A stretch of 64,000 bases of DNA from Takakia lepidozioides (GCA_030704615.1 CM060731.1:25482001-25546000), one strand, 5' to 3'; positions 1-13,900 are shown, counted from the stretch's first letter. Notes: generated by a model from the sequence alone, not told the origin. Numbers and translations: made by a program.

Positions 1-1288
1 GCAACCCCGCAAATCAACGTCAGCCATGGAAGTTGGTGGAACAGACCCGATTGCAAGTAGAATGGTGTTGTTAGAGGAGGAGGAAGAGAGGGTGAAGGAT
101 GCAACAGGTTGTCTTCCACTATTTTTACAATGTTGGTGTGTAAAGGAACCTAATGAGACACCAGAGAAGAAATGGGAGAGGTTTATCTACATGCCAGAGG
201 TTACTGCAGCATGACATGTTTTACGGATACAGTTGCGCACGAAGCTAGCAAATAGTCCCCTAAAGGAATTTTTTTGTGATATGTATATGTCATTCACCAC
301 TGGGGACAAAGTGCAAGCAATTGAGACAGCCTATGATTGCCAATATCTTTATGTAGACACCTCGCAGACTGGCAGATGTGTGTGTGGGTTGGTCAGGAAC
401 ATCCTAGCCGAGGAAATTCAACATATTGACCGAGATATCTTTTTGGATTCCAAATGGAAGTCGGCCATCTCTAGGGAAAGCCAAGAGCCACAACCTAATC
501 TTTCTTTATTGCTGGCGCAAGCATGGAAGAGTGGAGTCCCGCTGTATGCAGAGAATGTCAAAACTCTCGACAACATTGTATAGTTTAACTCCAAGCAAGA
601 AAGCACTTTGGGCTTGGTAGAGGGGTGCATAATTGTATGTCCCATCAGCATTCAATAACAAAAGGGTGGATGCCATTGTCCGAGAAGGGGCTCCAAGATC
701 TAAACCTGTTCGTAAGGTTGTTGCTTCCTTGAAAGAATTAACAGGGGCTAGTCAACCATTGGCGGATATCTTGAAATCTTATGAGAACCGAAACTTGCAT
801 GTTGCAGCAGTGCCGATCACCATTGGAGATCTCGGCAAGCACGAGCTCAGCAAAAGAATTCTGGAGCCCAGAAGTCAGCGATGTTTGGTTTCAAGATGAG
901 AATGCAGAAGAGGCTGCCAAGTGGTTTATTTGGTATGCAAGGGCATCTTGCATAAAAAACAAGAGCATGCTGCAGAGGAGATGAATCCCTATATGTATGC
1001 TGGGAGGGAAATTCAGGGCACAACGAGGAAGATGTTGGTGAAGGAGAGTGCCACGTCACTGTGCTTCTGCCTGTTGAGCAATTTGAGCCGTCTTTGAAGT
1101 ACCTTAAGGGAAACATGGACTGACTGAGTTTCTGACGATATATTGTGTCAGTCACTGCAGTGCTGATGGAAAAAGATCGGGAGACAGGAAATGGCACAGG
1201 CAACGTCTTCCCCATGATGATATTGACAACAGGTGCTCCTTTCAGGGAGTCCCTCAGTACTATTGACATGGCCTTGAATCCCTCCACA

Positions 1289-1945
1289 GGTCTGTGGATG
1301 CTTGGAACCATAAGGCAGCCTTTCTTTTGCCATTCATTTTGGGGACATGTTTGACGGTTGCTGCCCCAGGGAGGGGTCCCAGATAGCATTTAGCAGGGTA
1401 TTGAGTGAGTTCAATGGCTTTCAGGGGGGTCCTGCCTATCATATGCTAGGGAATCACTGTCTGTTGCCACGTGCTGAACTGAACCATTTGCTAGGCATTT
1501 TGCCTTCTTTGGATAGTCACAACTACTTTTCTTTCTGTCCCTACCCCGGGTTTCGAATTGTTGTCTTGGATGGCTATGATGTGAGTGCCCTGGGGTGGCC
1601 TGAGGGACACCTGCACACTGAAGCTGGCGTCAAATTACTTGAAACCAAGAACCCAAATGTTGAGAAGAATAGCCCAGAGGAGTCGAGAAAAGGTTTGTGA
1701 TGTCCAATGGGGGCATTGGACAGGGGCAGTTAGCCTGGTTTGACAGATGCTTGAGGAAGCCACTGATTGCCAAGAGAAAATTGCGTTTGCAACTGAATGC
1801 TGAGGCAGCGTCCCCTTCAACACTACCCTGGAATTGTGACGAGGTGATGGAGACAGTCCACAAGATAGAATGAACAAAAGAATGCGAATTTGGTGAAACT
1901 CGATACCTGGCATGAGGTTGTCCTTGCAAGGTACTGAGACTGGTC
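1289..1945 (+). pseudogene. ADPRM: Decayed Mn-dependent ADP-ribose/CDP-alcohol diphosphatase (calcineurin-like metallophosphoesterase)
   Basis: Manual translation across frameshifts gives FAIHFGDMFDG, AYHMLGNHC, GFRIVVLDGYDVSALGWP, KNPNVEKNSP, NGGIGQGQLAW and TLPWNCDEVM. Several frameshifts and deletions; no introns evident. Confidence 0.8.
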
Positions 1946-2362
1946 ACTGGATACAATCATACAGGCCTTTCCGCATTGATTTTTACCGTTGTCCTTTGAT
2001 ATAAATTTACTAGTGGATATGTGGGAGTTAACCCTGGCAAGTTGTGAGCTGTAAATTTGCACACTGAGTTCCGATGGATGACTGCAATCTATCCTCTCCA
2101 AGAATGGTGATTTCGTTGCATATCAGAATACATGAATGAATGTATGTTAAACATAAGATGCCCAGTAGCAAGACAACCATTACTTGCCCTTTGCTTTTGA
2201 CAAGTCTGCTCGAGTACTGAGCAAATAACATGATCAGTTCTTGATGGTGAGCATCACTTTCTCTTTGTCTTCTTCGAACCCGTCGTTGTTTACAAAATGA
2301 TGACAGTCTTTTCTGCTTCTAGTTTCAAGCGATCTAGTTTTCTTTCAAGCATGTTGCGTGTT

Positions 2363-5086
2363 TCACCAGTAATCCCCACATGAACAAGCCCCGTCTTGGA
2401 AGTGGTGAAAGCGGTTCGCATCTCGTACGACTATTGTTCGCCCAACAATCTTGGAGATGAGCTTGGTAGCTGTGTGACAGTCCCCACACACACGCAGGTT
2501 CTTAATGATACGAATAGGCATCCCAGGTGGCGTGCTGATGAGCCCAAAGGCAATAGCCAGCCTCTCACTGTGGTGGCCAAGAGAAATTTCCTTCTGCTCC
2601 TCCCCCAAATCATGCAATACAGAGCGAGTGTCAGGCACATACCCAACCTCCTTCATCAGCCCAGACAATCTCTTCAGCACAGAATGAATTTGAGGAATTT
2701 GTGGATGCAGATTGTCTTCTGCGATGAATGTATGCACCTGGTTGTCCACCTCAATGCAGCTGCGCCCTGTCTCCTTCTTGACACCACTGTCTTCCATCAT
2801 TTTTCTCACCTTTGCTTGATCATCCCACCTGCCAGCAGCAGCATAGATGTTCGATAACAGAACATAAGTCGCAGCGTCCTGTGGATCCCAATTGAGAAGG
2901 CATGTTGCCATACGTTGGGCTAGCTTTACATCCCCATGACTCTTGCAAGCACTCAGCAAGGCCGCCCATACTCCAGCATCTGCTGCCATTGGCATGTTGT
3001 TAATTAAATCCTCTGCCTCATCTAATCGCCCTGCACGGCCAAGAAGGTCTGCCATGCAGCCAAAATGCTCCACTGTAGGAGTGATGCCATGATCTCGAAT
3101 CATGGAATCAAAGTATTCTCGGCCTTCATTGACTAATCCCACATGGCTACATGCAGAGAGAAGACATATAAATGTGATACCATCCGGCTTCAAACCTTCC
3201 AGTTGCATATGTTCAAATAGTCGAAGGCCCTCCCTAGCACACCCATTTCGAGCATATCCAGCAATCATCATGTTCCATGAGACCACATTTCGCTCAGCCA
3301 TGTTGTCGAACACCTGACGTGCATCCCTTATACTCCCACATTTGGCATACATGTCAGCAAGGGCAGTGTCGAGAATGGTATCTGGTCCAATTCCAGTCTT
3401 GCTGATGTCAGCATGGACCTGTTTGCCCTTTTCCAGGGCTCCTAGGCTGGCACATGCATTGAGAACACACACGAACGTGACCCTGTCAGGCATCACCCCT
3501 TCCTGTTTCATTTTCTCATAAGTCTCGAAAGCCTCCCTCCCACACCCATGTTGAGCATATCCTGCAATCATAGCACTCCAAGAGATCACACTTCGTTCAG
3601 ACATATTGTGGAAAACGCGACACGAATCGTTTATGCTCCCACATTTGGCATACATGTCAACAAGAGTATTCTCCAAATTGATATCTGAGGCAATTCCAGC
3701 TTCCAGAATGTCAGTATGGACCTGTTTACCCTTTTCCAGATCTCCTAGACTGGCACACGCATTGAGAACACAAATGAATGTAACTCTGTCAGGAGTCACC
3801 CCTTCCCGAATCATTTGCTCATACATCTCGAACGCCTCCCTACCACACCCATGTTGAGCATAGCCTGTGATCATCACAGTCCATGAGACCACATCTCGTT
3901 GAGCCATAGTTTCAAAAACTTTGCATGCATCCTGTACATTCCCACATTTTGCATACATGTCAATAAGGGTGTTCTCCAGCATGATATCTGGAGCAATCCC
4001 ACTTTTGCTGATGTCAGCATGGACCTCCTTGCCCTTTTCCAGGGCTCCTAGGCTGGCACAGGCATTGAGAAGACAAATGAATGTGACCTTGGTGGGTGTC
4101 AACCCTTCCTTTCTCATTTCCTCATACATCTGAAAAGTCTCCCTAGTACACCCATGCTGAGCATATCCAGAGATCATTGCGTTCCATGAGACCACATCTT
4201 GCGTAGTCATGTTGTCGAACACTTGACAAGCATCCTTTATGCTCCCACATTTTGCATACATGTCAATAAGGGAATTCTCCAGAATGATGTCAAGACAAAC
4301 TCCACTTTTCCTGATGTCAGCATGGACCTCTTTGGCCTTTTCCAGGTTTCCTAGGCTGGCACAGGCATTGACAACACAAATGAAAGTGACCTTGTTGGGT
4401 GACAACCCTTCCTGTATCATTTGCTCATACATCTCAAAAGCCTCCCTACCAAACCCATGCTTGGCATATCCTGTGATCATTGCATTCCATGAAACCACAT
4501 CTTGTTTGGTCATATTGTCAAACACTTGCTGTGCATCCTTCAGACTCCCGCATTTGGCATACATATCAGCAAGGGCAGTCTCCAGAATGATATCGGGCGC
4601 AATTCCAGCTGCGATAATGTCAGCATGAACCTTTTTGCCCTTTTCCAGAGCTCCTAGGCTGGCACATGCATTGAGAATGCAAATGAATGTAACCTTGTTA
4701 GGTGTCACCCCTTCACTTTGCATTTTCTCATAGACAGTGAAAGCCTCCCTACCACACCCATGCTTACTATATCCGGTTATCATTATAGTCCACGTAAACA
4801 GATTCCGATCAGGCATTTTCTCAAACATTTCACGTGCATCATATATGCTCCCGCACTTGGCATACATGTTGACAAGGTTGTTGAGTAGAAGAATGTTTGG
4901 TTGAAATCCACTTCGAATAATGTGTGCATGCACTTGCTTTCCCTCTGCCAGTTTTTTCTTGTTGATGCACTCCTGCAAGACACAAATGTAAGTGTTGGAA
5001 TCTGCCCCAATGCTTTGTTGGTTCACAATGTGCAGCGCTTCTTCTAGTCGTCCTGCCTTACACAGTGACCTTACATATCCAGACAT
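2363..5086 (-). CDS. PLS-class pentatricopeptide repeat protein with E1/E2 and DYW deaminase domain (organellar C-to-U RNA editing factor)
   Basis: Uninterrupted ORF with about 20 P/L/S motifs in 101-aa triplets, then HSERLAIAFGL, NLRVCGDCH and terminal CSCGDYW. First ATG is at 5086. The ORF stays open to 5221 (GTG) and a TTGCAG acceptor at 5211 suggests an upstream exon. Confidence 0.97.
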   Translation of the reverse strand: MSGYVRSLCKAGRLEEALHIVNQQSIGADSNTYICVLQECINKKKLAEGKQVHAHIIRSGFQPNILLLNNLVNMYAKCGSIYDAREMFEKMPDRNLFTWTIMITGYSKHGCGREAFTVYEKMQSEGVTPNKVTFICILNACASLGALEKGKKVHADIIAAGIAPDIILETALADMYAKCGSLKDAQQVFDNMTKQDVVSWNAMITGYAKHGFGREAFEMYEQMIQEGLSPNKVTFICVVNACASLGNLEKAKEVHADIRKSGVCLDIILENSLIDMYAKCGSIKDACQVFDNMTTQDVVSWNAMISGYAQHGCTRETFQMYEEMRKEGLTPTKVTFICLLNACASLGALEKGKEVHADISKSGIAPDIMLENTLIDMYAKCGNVQDACKVFETMAQRDVVSWTVMITGYAQHGCGREAFEMYEQMIREGVTPDRVTFICVLNACASLGDLEKGKQVHTDILEAGIASDINLENTLVDMYAKCGSINDSCRVFHNMSERSVISWSAMIAGYAQHGCGREAFETYEKMKQEGVMPDRVTFVCVLNACASLGALEKGKQVHADISKTGIGPDTILDTALADMYAKCGSIRDARQVFDNMAERNVVSWNMMIAGYARNGCAREGLRLFEHMQLEGLKPDGITFICLLSACSHVGLVNEGREYFDSMIRDHGITPTVEHFGCMADLLGRAGRLDEAEDLINNMPMAADAGVWAALLSACKSHGDVKLAQRMATCLLNWDPQDAATYVLLSNIYAAAGRWDDQAKVRKMMEDSGVKKETGRSCIEVDNQVHTFIAEDNLHPQIPQIHSVLKRLSGLMKEVGYVPDTRSVLHDLGEEQKEISLGHHSERLAIAFGLISTPPGMPIRIIKNLRVCGDCHTATKLISKIVGRTIVVRDANRFHHFQDGACSCGDYW

Positions 5087-8000
5087 GCCAGAAGACTCCT
5101 TGTAGACTCCTCTTTTTGCTCTTTCAAAGGTAGAGGTGAGGGCAGATGTGCTACCACAGGCGCCAGTCCGATGTCTATCTAAGTTTTGCGCCTGATTCAA
5201 ACCAGCCAGCCTGCAAGGCACAAAAGTCTAGTTACAAACCTTCTCACTAAAAATTCCATGGAATCTTGCAAAACTCCTCCTACATACCCCAAAGAGAGAT
5301 CTCCTCATGAGGACAGGTTCCTTGCGACAAATTCCAAAAATAGAAGAGTGACAAAGGGCAATCAACTATCCTATCTGCTTGAGTTGGAATCCAAAATTTG
5401 CCCTCAAAACAATACCCACGGAATTCTTGCCCTGGCGCTCCACAGTGTATGTTGATGTAAGAACTATCACCCAACTGTGATTGACTTTGTGTCAGAGCAG
5501 ATAGCTTTGCTTTCACCCAAGGAAGGGTCAATAAACCCTCAACCCAAAGGACTTCCTTTGTGTGCTGATGTCTGAAGTCTGGTGATCTTGGACCTTTCTG
5601 TGAAAACCACAAGAGGGCAGCTGAGCAGCCTTGGCTTCAACTAGTGTCCCACAACCACCGAAGCTCCAAGCATTTTTGAAATAAAAAGGAACAACCTTTA
5701 CTGACCCATTGACAGCAGCAGTAAGATCTGCTTTTGCTGCTTTGCATGATCAAAAGAAAAATTGTCATTGATTAAAAAGCTATAGGAGACACAATCTGCC
5801 CAGATACAATCCAGTCTCAAGAACATAATCATGTCAGATTCAACACAAGCCCTCCTATAAAGCTCTGTCACATCCTAATAGAAAGTACCTCACCTTATCA
5901 AACCTGTTGTCATACCACTGCGAAGGATATGAGAAGTACTCCTGCCAAAGCCATTCTATGTTCATTGCTTGGCCTGCATGCAAGAATGCAAGAACGTGAG
6001 AACTTTGCAAGGATCTGAATGCATCAGTCTCTATTCCTTGCTATTATAATTTAGAACAGATGGACCTGTGGTTACAGCAAAAAACTGCCTTATAAGCGGT
6101 TGTGGGTTCACAGCCACATAAGTGTATGTTGGGTGTCACCCATTATAGCTAAATTAGCCAACCTAGCTATTGAAGGGGTTTCTGGGTCAACCGGTTAACT
6201 AATGTGTGGGTACTTGGGGACTTTTGAGTCCTTGGGAGAGCTTTGGGCAACAACGTTGCCCCAGTTACGGCCGTGATAAGGTGTCCAGCTTCCAAACAGA
6301 AGCAGTAGCCCCTTGGGGTGAAGTGACACCATAATGTTTTTGCAGGAGTCAACCTTTGTTTTTTTTGTTTTCTAAGTTTGCTAAGTTGGGCTCTTTCTCT
6401 GCTTCATCGACTCAAGAAACCCACAAACATACAACATGTTACACATACTGCAGAAGATTCTGAAGGAGCCAGTGGGGGCCCTTCAAGCATTGCTGATTGT
6501 GAGTGATACTTACGTTCCTCCATAGTCCGTTTTCTACCAGAACCTCTCTTTCGACCATCACCTGCCATCCCACCAGCATCTGAACTTGCATCTTGAAACT
6601 TGAATGGAGCTCGAGTGCTCATAGCAGAATCAAAGCCACAGTCTAGTATCCATTCACCATTCCATTGTGCTCGACCTTGCATCCTGGTAGCTAGCTCTAC
6701 TTTACCAAATAACCTCCTGTGTATGCTCATATTTGAAGTGTGGCGATCTTGGACTTGCTGTGAAAGCCCCAAGTGTGCAGCTGAGCAGCGATAGCTTTAA
6801 CCACAGCCTCGTATACACCAGGCTACAACCACTGAAGCTCCACAAGCATGGCTTCAGACAACAGGGCATTTCAATGTCATGGTCAATCAACAAAGGCCTG
6901 ATCCAACAATAGCACTGAAAATTTATCAACTCTTCTCCCAGGAATTAAACAAAGACTGGAAAACAATCAAGATGGCCTCACCTCTACACCCACTCACCTT
7001 ATATCCGCTACTTAGCATTCAGGGTGGCCATGTGGGTGGGGAGTTTCCATTTACAGACCACAATCTTTGCCGACTATTTGCTTATGATGAATGACTGTTT
7101 GCCACATAGGAGTTTAGCCGACATAGTGGGTGCCCACTCTCCTGGGGTGGGGGAGCCTCCACCATTGACCACCAGATAATAATAGGTGAATGTGTGAGTT
7201 GGTGTTGATAGAAACCCTCCTCACCAACTATTATCTCGCGGATTGAAGGTCACTATCCTGTCGGTTGGTTGGTTGGCTGTGATGGATCCAGGTCAGGCCA
7301 CTTCACCTTCTTTTGTGGCTGGGATTTCTGCTAAGGGCAAGAGACTAACGGCAGTTAAAGATATCTTGAAGTGTGTATGCGTTGATTTTGTATACGGACA
7401 CAATCATTGCTTTGATTGATGGTGGAAAGATGTAAGAGCATGTGGAAACACAGAAGGGAGTTGTTGCCGTTGTATGTATATGCAGGACTATGCCCTCATA
7501 AGGTGTGCAACCGTTCACAGTGAATGTTAAATATGGAAACCTTCCCCTTTATCCAACCCTCAACTTGACTGGTAATTGTAGATCTCATTGCTCCAAAGGT
7601 ACCACCACAGTATGTGGCAGCTTGCCTCAGCATTATGGATTGAACTCAAATGCTTCCACCTTCTAGACCTTGCAGCAGTATTCCAGCGAGCTATTCGCAA
7701 GCCCTGTTATTATTCTGACCTAAGAAAAAAAAAAACCATAGAAGGAGCTGATCCAATGGGGATAAGATGTCGCTCAAGACCGCAATGTGAACTTGGGTCG
7801 TGGAGTTTACGGCTCCGACGCATACAATTCAACCCATGAAAAGCGTTCCATGCTGTACCTTTCATCGGTTTCCCTGAAGACACGGGAGTTGTCATAGCCA
7901 TCAGTTGCAAGGTCCTTGCGCCCGGCATTGCCAAAGATACCCACTCCACATAATGGGATGTAAACGGGCTGAATCATGAAGTGAGGTCTCCAACTATTTC

Positions 8001-8561
8001 GCCGCAACGATAAGACAGGGCCTTGTGCATCTCCCTGTGCTGCACGCTGCTGCGCACAGCGATCTGCCATCCCTATACAGAGCTCAAGCACGAGGGAAGA
8101 AGAAAAATGAAGGTAGGGAAAGAACAAACTTCAAGTAAAGATATATATATAGTAGCGAAAAACTCGCACTTTTGCTGGTTGCGATATTTATTAAAGACTT
8201 CAAGTTAAGGGTTTTACTTTATTCCCCTCGCTCGAGGCTCCTCGCCCAATCCATACAGAAGTGTTGGGCGTGAACCTCGGCTGCAGATTCAGTGTTCCAA
8301 TTTGTGCGCACGAGGATGATCGGTACAAGGAGTTGATGCAGCAGTCGGCGGGTTGTGCTGTGATGAGCCTCTGTTATCGACCCGTGAGGATGGTGTGAGG
8401 TTGGTGTGAGCATCGTTCTAGGGGTTCAGGAGTCAGTGATTGTTCGGGTCAGGGGTGGTTTAAGACGGTCTGCAGCACATTCTGCATTCCGGATTGGGGT
8501 GAGAGTGGTTGGTGAAGTTTGTTGTTGTGAGCAGCAAGAGGAAGGAACGAGCTCGGGCCGA

Positions 8562-10914
8562 ATGGCCCAAATGGCAGACTCGCCATCGCCAGAAGGCTCC
8601 CCCGAATCCTCCCCTGTTCGGCTCATGCAACTCAGGAAGTCAGCTGCTCCCGAGATCAGTGACTCCCTTCTTGTCGTCTCACGGCCTGGGGACGCGGCTG
8701 GTTCGAAGAAACCAATCGACCCATCTCAACATAAGGTGAACTATAATCCTACCTTTGAGCAGCTGTGGGCACCGATTGCAGGCCCTGCGCACCCTTATGC
8801 AAAGGATGGAATGGCCCAGGGGCTTCGAAATCATAAATTAGGGTTTGTAGAAGATGCAGCGATTGCCTCCTTCATGTTTGATGAGCAGTACAATACCTTC
8901 CACGCATATGGATATGCCGCTGATCCTGCAGGGGTAACAAGCAACAACATTGTAGGAGACGCAAGTGCAGTGCAGATGAAAGACGGTGCGTCGGTGTACA
9001 ATCTCCCGCAGCACGAGCACAAGAAGCAGAAGGCCGACAGGAAACGGGGGCGGGAAACGAGTGTGGATGGTGAGGCTGGCGAAGAGAAGGACAACCCAGC
9101 ATCTGAGGCATGGCTTTTGAAAAATACAAAGAGCCCGTGGTCGGGCAAGAAGGAGGGGCTGCAAGGGGAGCTTACTGAAGAGCAAAAGAAGTATGCAGAG
9201 GAGCATGCTGAGAAAAAGAGTGAGAAAGAGAAGGGTGAGAAGGTGGAGATTGAGGATAAGAGTACTTTCCATGGTAAGGACGAGGTCGACTACCAGGGTC
9301 GCTCTTGGATTGCACCTCCGAAAGATGTGAAGGCCACCAATGATCACTGCTACATTCCCAAAAGATGGGTCCACACCTGGAGTGGGCACACCAAGGGTGT
9401 ATCAGCCATTCGCTTTTTCCCCAAATACGGCCACCTCCTGCTCTCTGCGAGCATGGACACGAAGGTTAAAATTTGGGACGTTCATGGCAGTGGCAAGTGT
9501 ATGCGGACATATATGGGCCATGGTAAAGCCGTTCGGGATATATCATTCAACAATGATGGGTCACGTTTTCTGAGTGCATCTTACGATAGGAAGATAAAGC
9601 TCTGGGACACCGAGACAGGCAAGGTGATCTCCTCATTCTCCACTGGCAAAATTCCCTATGTTGTTAAGTTCAACCCCGATGAAGACAAGCAGCATGTGTT
9701 ACTTGCTGGCATGAGTGACAAGAAGATTGTGCAATGGGATATGAATTCAGGGGAGATAACGCAAGAGTATGACCAGCACTTGGGGGCTGTCAACACTATC
9801 ACTTTTGTGGACAACAATAGGAGGTTTGTAACCTCAAGCGATGACAAGTCACTGCGTGTCTGGGAGTTTGGCATCCCTGTTGTCATCAAATACATCAGTG
9901 AGCCACACATGCATTCGATGCCATGCATCACTGTTCATCCCAACACCAACTGGTTTGCAGCACAGAGCTTGGACAATCAGATTCTCATCTACAGCACCCG
10001 AGAACGATTCCGGCTGAACAAAAAGAAGAGATTTGCAGGTCATATTGTTGCTGGTTATGCATGCCAGGTCAACTTCTCACCTGATGGCCGGTTCATCATG
10101 TCTGGTGATGGTGAGGGCCGCTGTTGGTTTTGGGATTGGAAGACTTGCAAAGTGTTTCGGACACTCAAGTGCCATGAGGGGGTTTGCATCGGCGCCGAAT
10201 GGCATCCCCTGGAGCAGTCCAAGGTGGCCACCTGTGGCTGGGATGGCCTCATTAAGTACTGGTATGTATGATCTCTTATTCCTATGTGCAGCAATACCTT
10301 GAATTATCTGTCAACAAGTGTGAAGGAACCATTATCTACCTTGGGACAATTCCTGATATTGGCGTATGCTTGTTGTAACATCGTTAAACAAATTGTATAG
10401 TTTTCTTTCACTACAAGTAACTAAGAGATCAGATCTTTCTGGTTCTTTAGACTAGAGGCAATTAACCTTTTGTGCTGCTGAAACCCAGGCGTGGGTCTAT
10501 GGCAAACAACGTGTTATGATTACATTCTAAGAGGCACTTTAGCTTGCCAGGGGTAGGTAATGAAGCAGTTACCACTCCTTGTAGGCATGATCATGTTCTT
10601 GGTGAAGATCAAGAACTGGACAGTTCTATGTTGGCAACAATGAACTCATGAATCCCTATTGCAAATTCTTGCACACTCTTGTGTCAAGAGTCAAAGCCCA
10701 ATAAACAGCCTGGGTAACCGAATTCGAAGAGGCCTTTGGGCTCCTCACCTTATAATCATGTAGAACCCAATAGGTATTCGGAATGGTTGGGCTGCTCTGG
10801 GTATTAGGGTACTGAAGGTCAGCTCCAAGTTCATTGAAGCTTTCTTCCCAGTTCATTATTTGATTGCAGCTCAGTGCGTAACGTGATGATGATTTTGTTG
10901 TTTACAGGGACTGA
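8562..10914 (+). CDS. CDC40: Pre-mRNA processing factor 17 (WD40 second-step splicing factor); exons 8562-10261 and 10908-10914
   Basis: Motifs [53 protein letters not shown]. The GT at 10262 and AG at 10907 restore the conserved W-D-stop ending. Confidence 0.96.
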
Positions 10915-13900
10915 CAAATTGGAGAATTTGCTTGAAGCACCCACCTTCTGAAGTGCGGCTTGCATCAGAGCTCCTTTGTGCTCTTGACTTCGTCTCCAAG
11001 CAGAAGCAAGACCTCCTCACTCTCTGCAAGGTGCAGTGGAGAAGCACCATAGCTGGATAATCTCCCCTATTGATGCTCTGGCTGCAATGTACTCCACCGT
11101 CACTAGCTTAGGGATATACTATGTTGAATTCTTGATCTCTGTACTAGCTGCATGCAGCTAACCCCATAGTGGGAGACTACCTTTGACCTCCTTTCCTTGT
11201 AGAATAATCAATGCAAGAATTTTTGTCTACTCTCAATATAGGAATTTTTTTGTACTTGGCCTTGGAATTTCAAAATTAGTTCAGTGTATAAGCTTTCACC
11301 ATTCTAATCTCCAATTTGCTCTGTTCTTTCATTTTGGAAGTGCGTGCTATGAAACCACCAGGAACTCCCACAATGCCCTGATTCTGATGGTGATGTCATC
11401 ATTTCCCTCTCCCTATTTGTTAGAGCTCTCTCTCCGAACTCTCACTAGCATGTGCCATACATCTGGACGTGCACATATGTATACATAGTTGGGCTGATAT
11501 CCGCCGGGGTTTTGGAGAGAATTCAAAGATCTGCGCCCAACAGGATATTACCCTACCGCACTCTTGAGGGTATTTGAAAGACATATATCTGTTATCGTTA
11601 TTGGTATTTAACTGGAAGATCCAGGTTCTAGTTTTACCCTTGTATACCAACCAGTTGAGGATATATGATAACCAAGGTATGTTTAGCCCATGTATATTTA
11701 GGCAATGCTCTGACAAACAGTGACCTTACGTTTTCGTTAGGCTCCTGCTGAGTGATCTTATTCGGAAGGCAACACTTCGATTTATTTAATGTTTTAGTTG
11801 AATTCTCGGGCAGTTCTTTACGCAGGAGAAGGGCCCACGTTTCGGGACCTGGGCCTGGGGCTGCCGCCCTCGTCTACGGCCCTCACATGGCGGAAGGCCC
11901 TCCACTCAGGCCCTTCTCCTATACATAATACCCTTGGTTGTGCATGTAGAGTAGTGTTTTCATTCTCGCTTTTCCAAACTCGCAATAAGGGCCACATGTA
12001 AATTCTACCCAGTGCCATGTAGCGAGAATAACGAGGTGGCAGGGTTAGAAAAGTGGTTATATAACAGGTGTCACATTTTAACAGGCCCACATAGGAAAAA
12101 TCTGGCTTCTGATATTTAACCAGTGGCGCGTTGTTGTTGTTTCACTCATCCTCGTGGTTTTTGTGATGAGGGGGTGGTTCTCCAGTAAACATCAGAGGCA
12201 GGAAAAGAAATACGGGGGGAGGTAATGAAAGAAGTAGGGAATGAAATGCCAAGGGGGCGGGGAAAAGCCGTGCTTCCAGGCTTCAGTACAGATAGGGTTG
12301 TTTCACAAACCAGGGGATAACAAGGTTCACGGTTCTCATAGGGTGCATCCAATTTGGAAAGGATCAGAAGATCCCAACTTGCTTCCTTTGCTATGATGTT
12401 TCGAATGCTAGTTTTTGGGCAACGAGTTCCTGAGGTGTTCTTCTCTACCATTCATAAAGTGCAACTGGGTTACTATGTAGCTTAGGGCTTTGCTACTGAA
12501 TCTCATAGTCAGGCAATCCTGCACACATAGTGGCTTCACCCTTAACTACAGCCCTAGGGCAGACAGATCTTCTTCACTGATCATTCTCTCATGCTGAGAG
12601 GAAGGGTTCGTTCTTCACTGCTTGCAGTGTGTGCGCCTTATGGCTCACCCGGGGTTTTTTTTCCCCACAATAACTTAGAATAAAGTTCTCAAGGGCTAAA
12701 AAAAAAAAAAAAAGCCCGTAGGCAATAAACTTACTCTCCCATTTTTCTTTTTCTTTTTTAATTTAAAAAAAAACTTACTCAGCCAAGACACAAGAACAAC
12801 AAGGAACTATTTTTTTTTTTTAAAACATTTTTAAAGCCATAGGAAGTCGACTCAACTATTTATGGCATCATCATGTTGATAGTTCAGTATGGTTTTTTAA
12901 TCTTGTGGCCTCAGTTATTTCTGTGGTGATCCCAGTAGAAATCTACAGATTTGGACTTTTATACCAACCCAACGAAGTTGATATCCCTGAAACATCTGCA
13001 AAATGCTTCAAGTTGGACGGGGTCCTTGTGATCTGATGTATCTTCTGATACCCGCCACCAAGGTTTCTAAAATATAGAAACCCACACAACACTACATAGT
13101 AGATTACCAAGACTCCACCAGGATTACTTGGAGACAAAGAGTATGTCTAGATGGAAATACCAGCACAAGACTGGTTTATACTGTCACCAACCTCTCACGA
13201 AGTCCTATCTATGTAATGCATCATCACAACTCCCAAATGGTCCCTAGTCAAAGGATGTCGAAGGAGCACACTCTGGCTTGTCATCTATGCGTCATCTATC
13301 TTCCTGGCCTCTGCAGCTAGTCTGCAGCTAGTCAGATCGCAATTACTTTCATGTTGGCAAAGGCCAACTCTTTTGGTCAGTGGTCTTGACAGGCTAGTGT
13401 AAATTGAGCAGTCTCAGAAAGTTGATTACATGATTAGCACCCACTTGTGAAATGTACATACATTGAACAATTTGATGGGGGAAGGAGGTAGTCAGTGAAA
13501 CATTCTTACCTCATAACAAGGATAACCTTATCACAAGCATTTATTGGAGGTCTATGTTGAAGCAAAATACTCTCTGTGTAAGTTGAGTACGTAGAGAGAG
13601 GGAGATGGAGCAAGGATAGAGGAAGGCAAAAAACCACCAAATGCCAAATATACTAGCTTGTGGAAAATCTGCACCCTTCCAGATAGTTGTCACCACATGT
13701 TCAGGTGTCTGGAGATTTTCAAGCGAGCAGAACACTCCGCAATCAGCAGGGCACCAAATAGGTTCCCCCAAAACAAGGTGCTGACCATATAGGGTTGCAA
13801 AATGCACACTGTTGTCAGGCTCTGGGAGATGCTCCTTCCCAGAGTGTCTGAATCGGCCCAAAATGCAACAGGAAGTAGCTTAGCTACCATGTGGTGCAGC

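Noticed and set aside
26-1150. Fragmented plus-strand ORFs that look like a decayed gene
   Set aside because: No family motif I can recognise; left unassigned.
2363-2800. U-to-C (KP-type) editing factor
   Set aside because: It has canonical HSE and DYW and no KPxxA signature.
2396-4628. Repeated plus-strand ORFs over the PPR gene
   Set aside because: Antisense shadows of the PLS repeats.
8406-8561. GTG-initiated N-terminal extension of CDC40
   Set aside because: No recognisable similarity; the ATG at 8562 is the more plausible start.
11824-11920. 12-bp inverted repeat AGGAGAAGGGCC around a GC-rich 97-bp segment
   Set aside because: Too short, no TSD; cannot support a MITE call.
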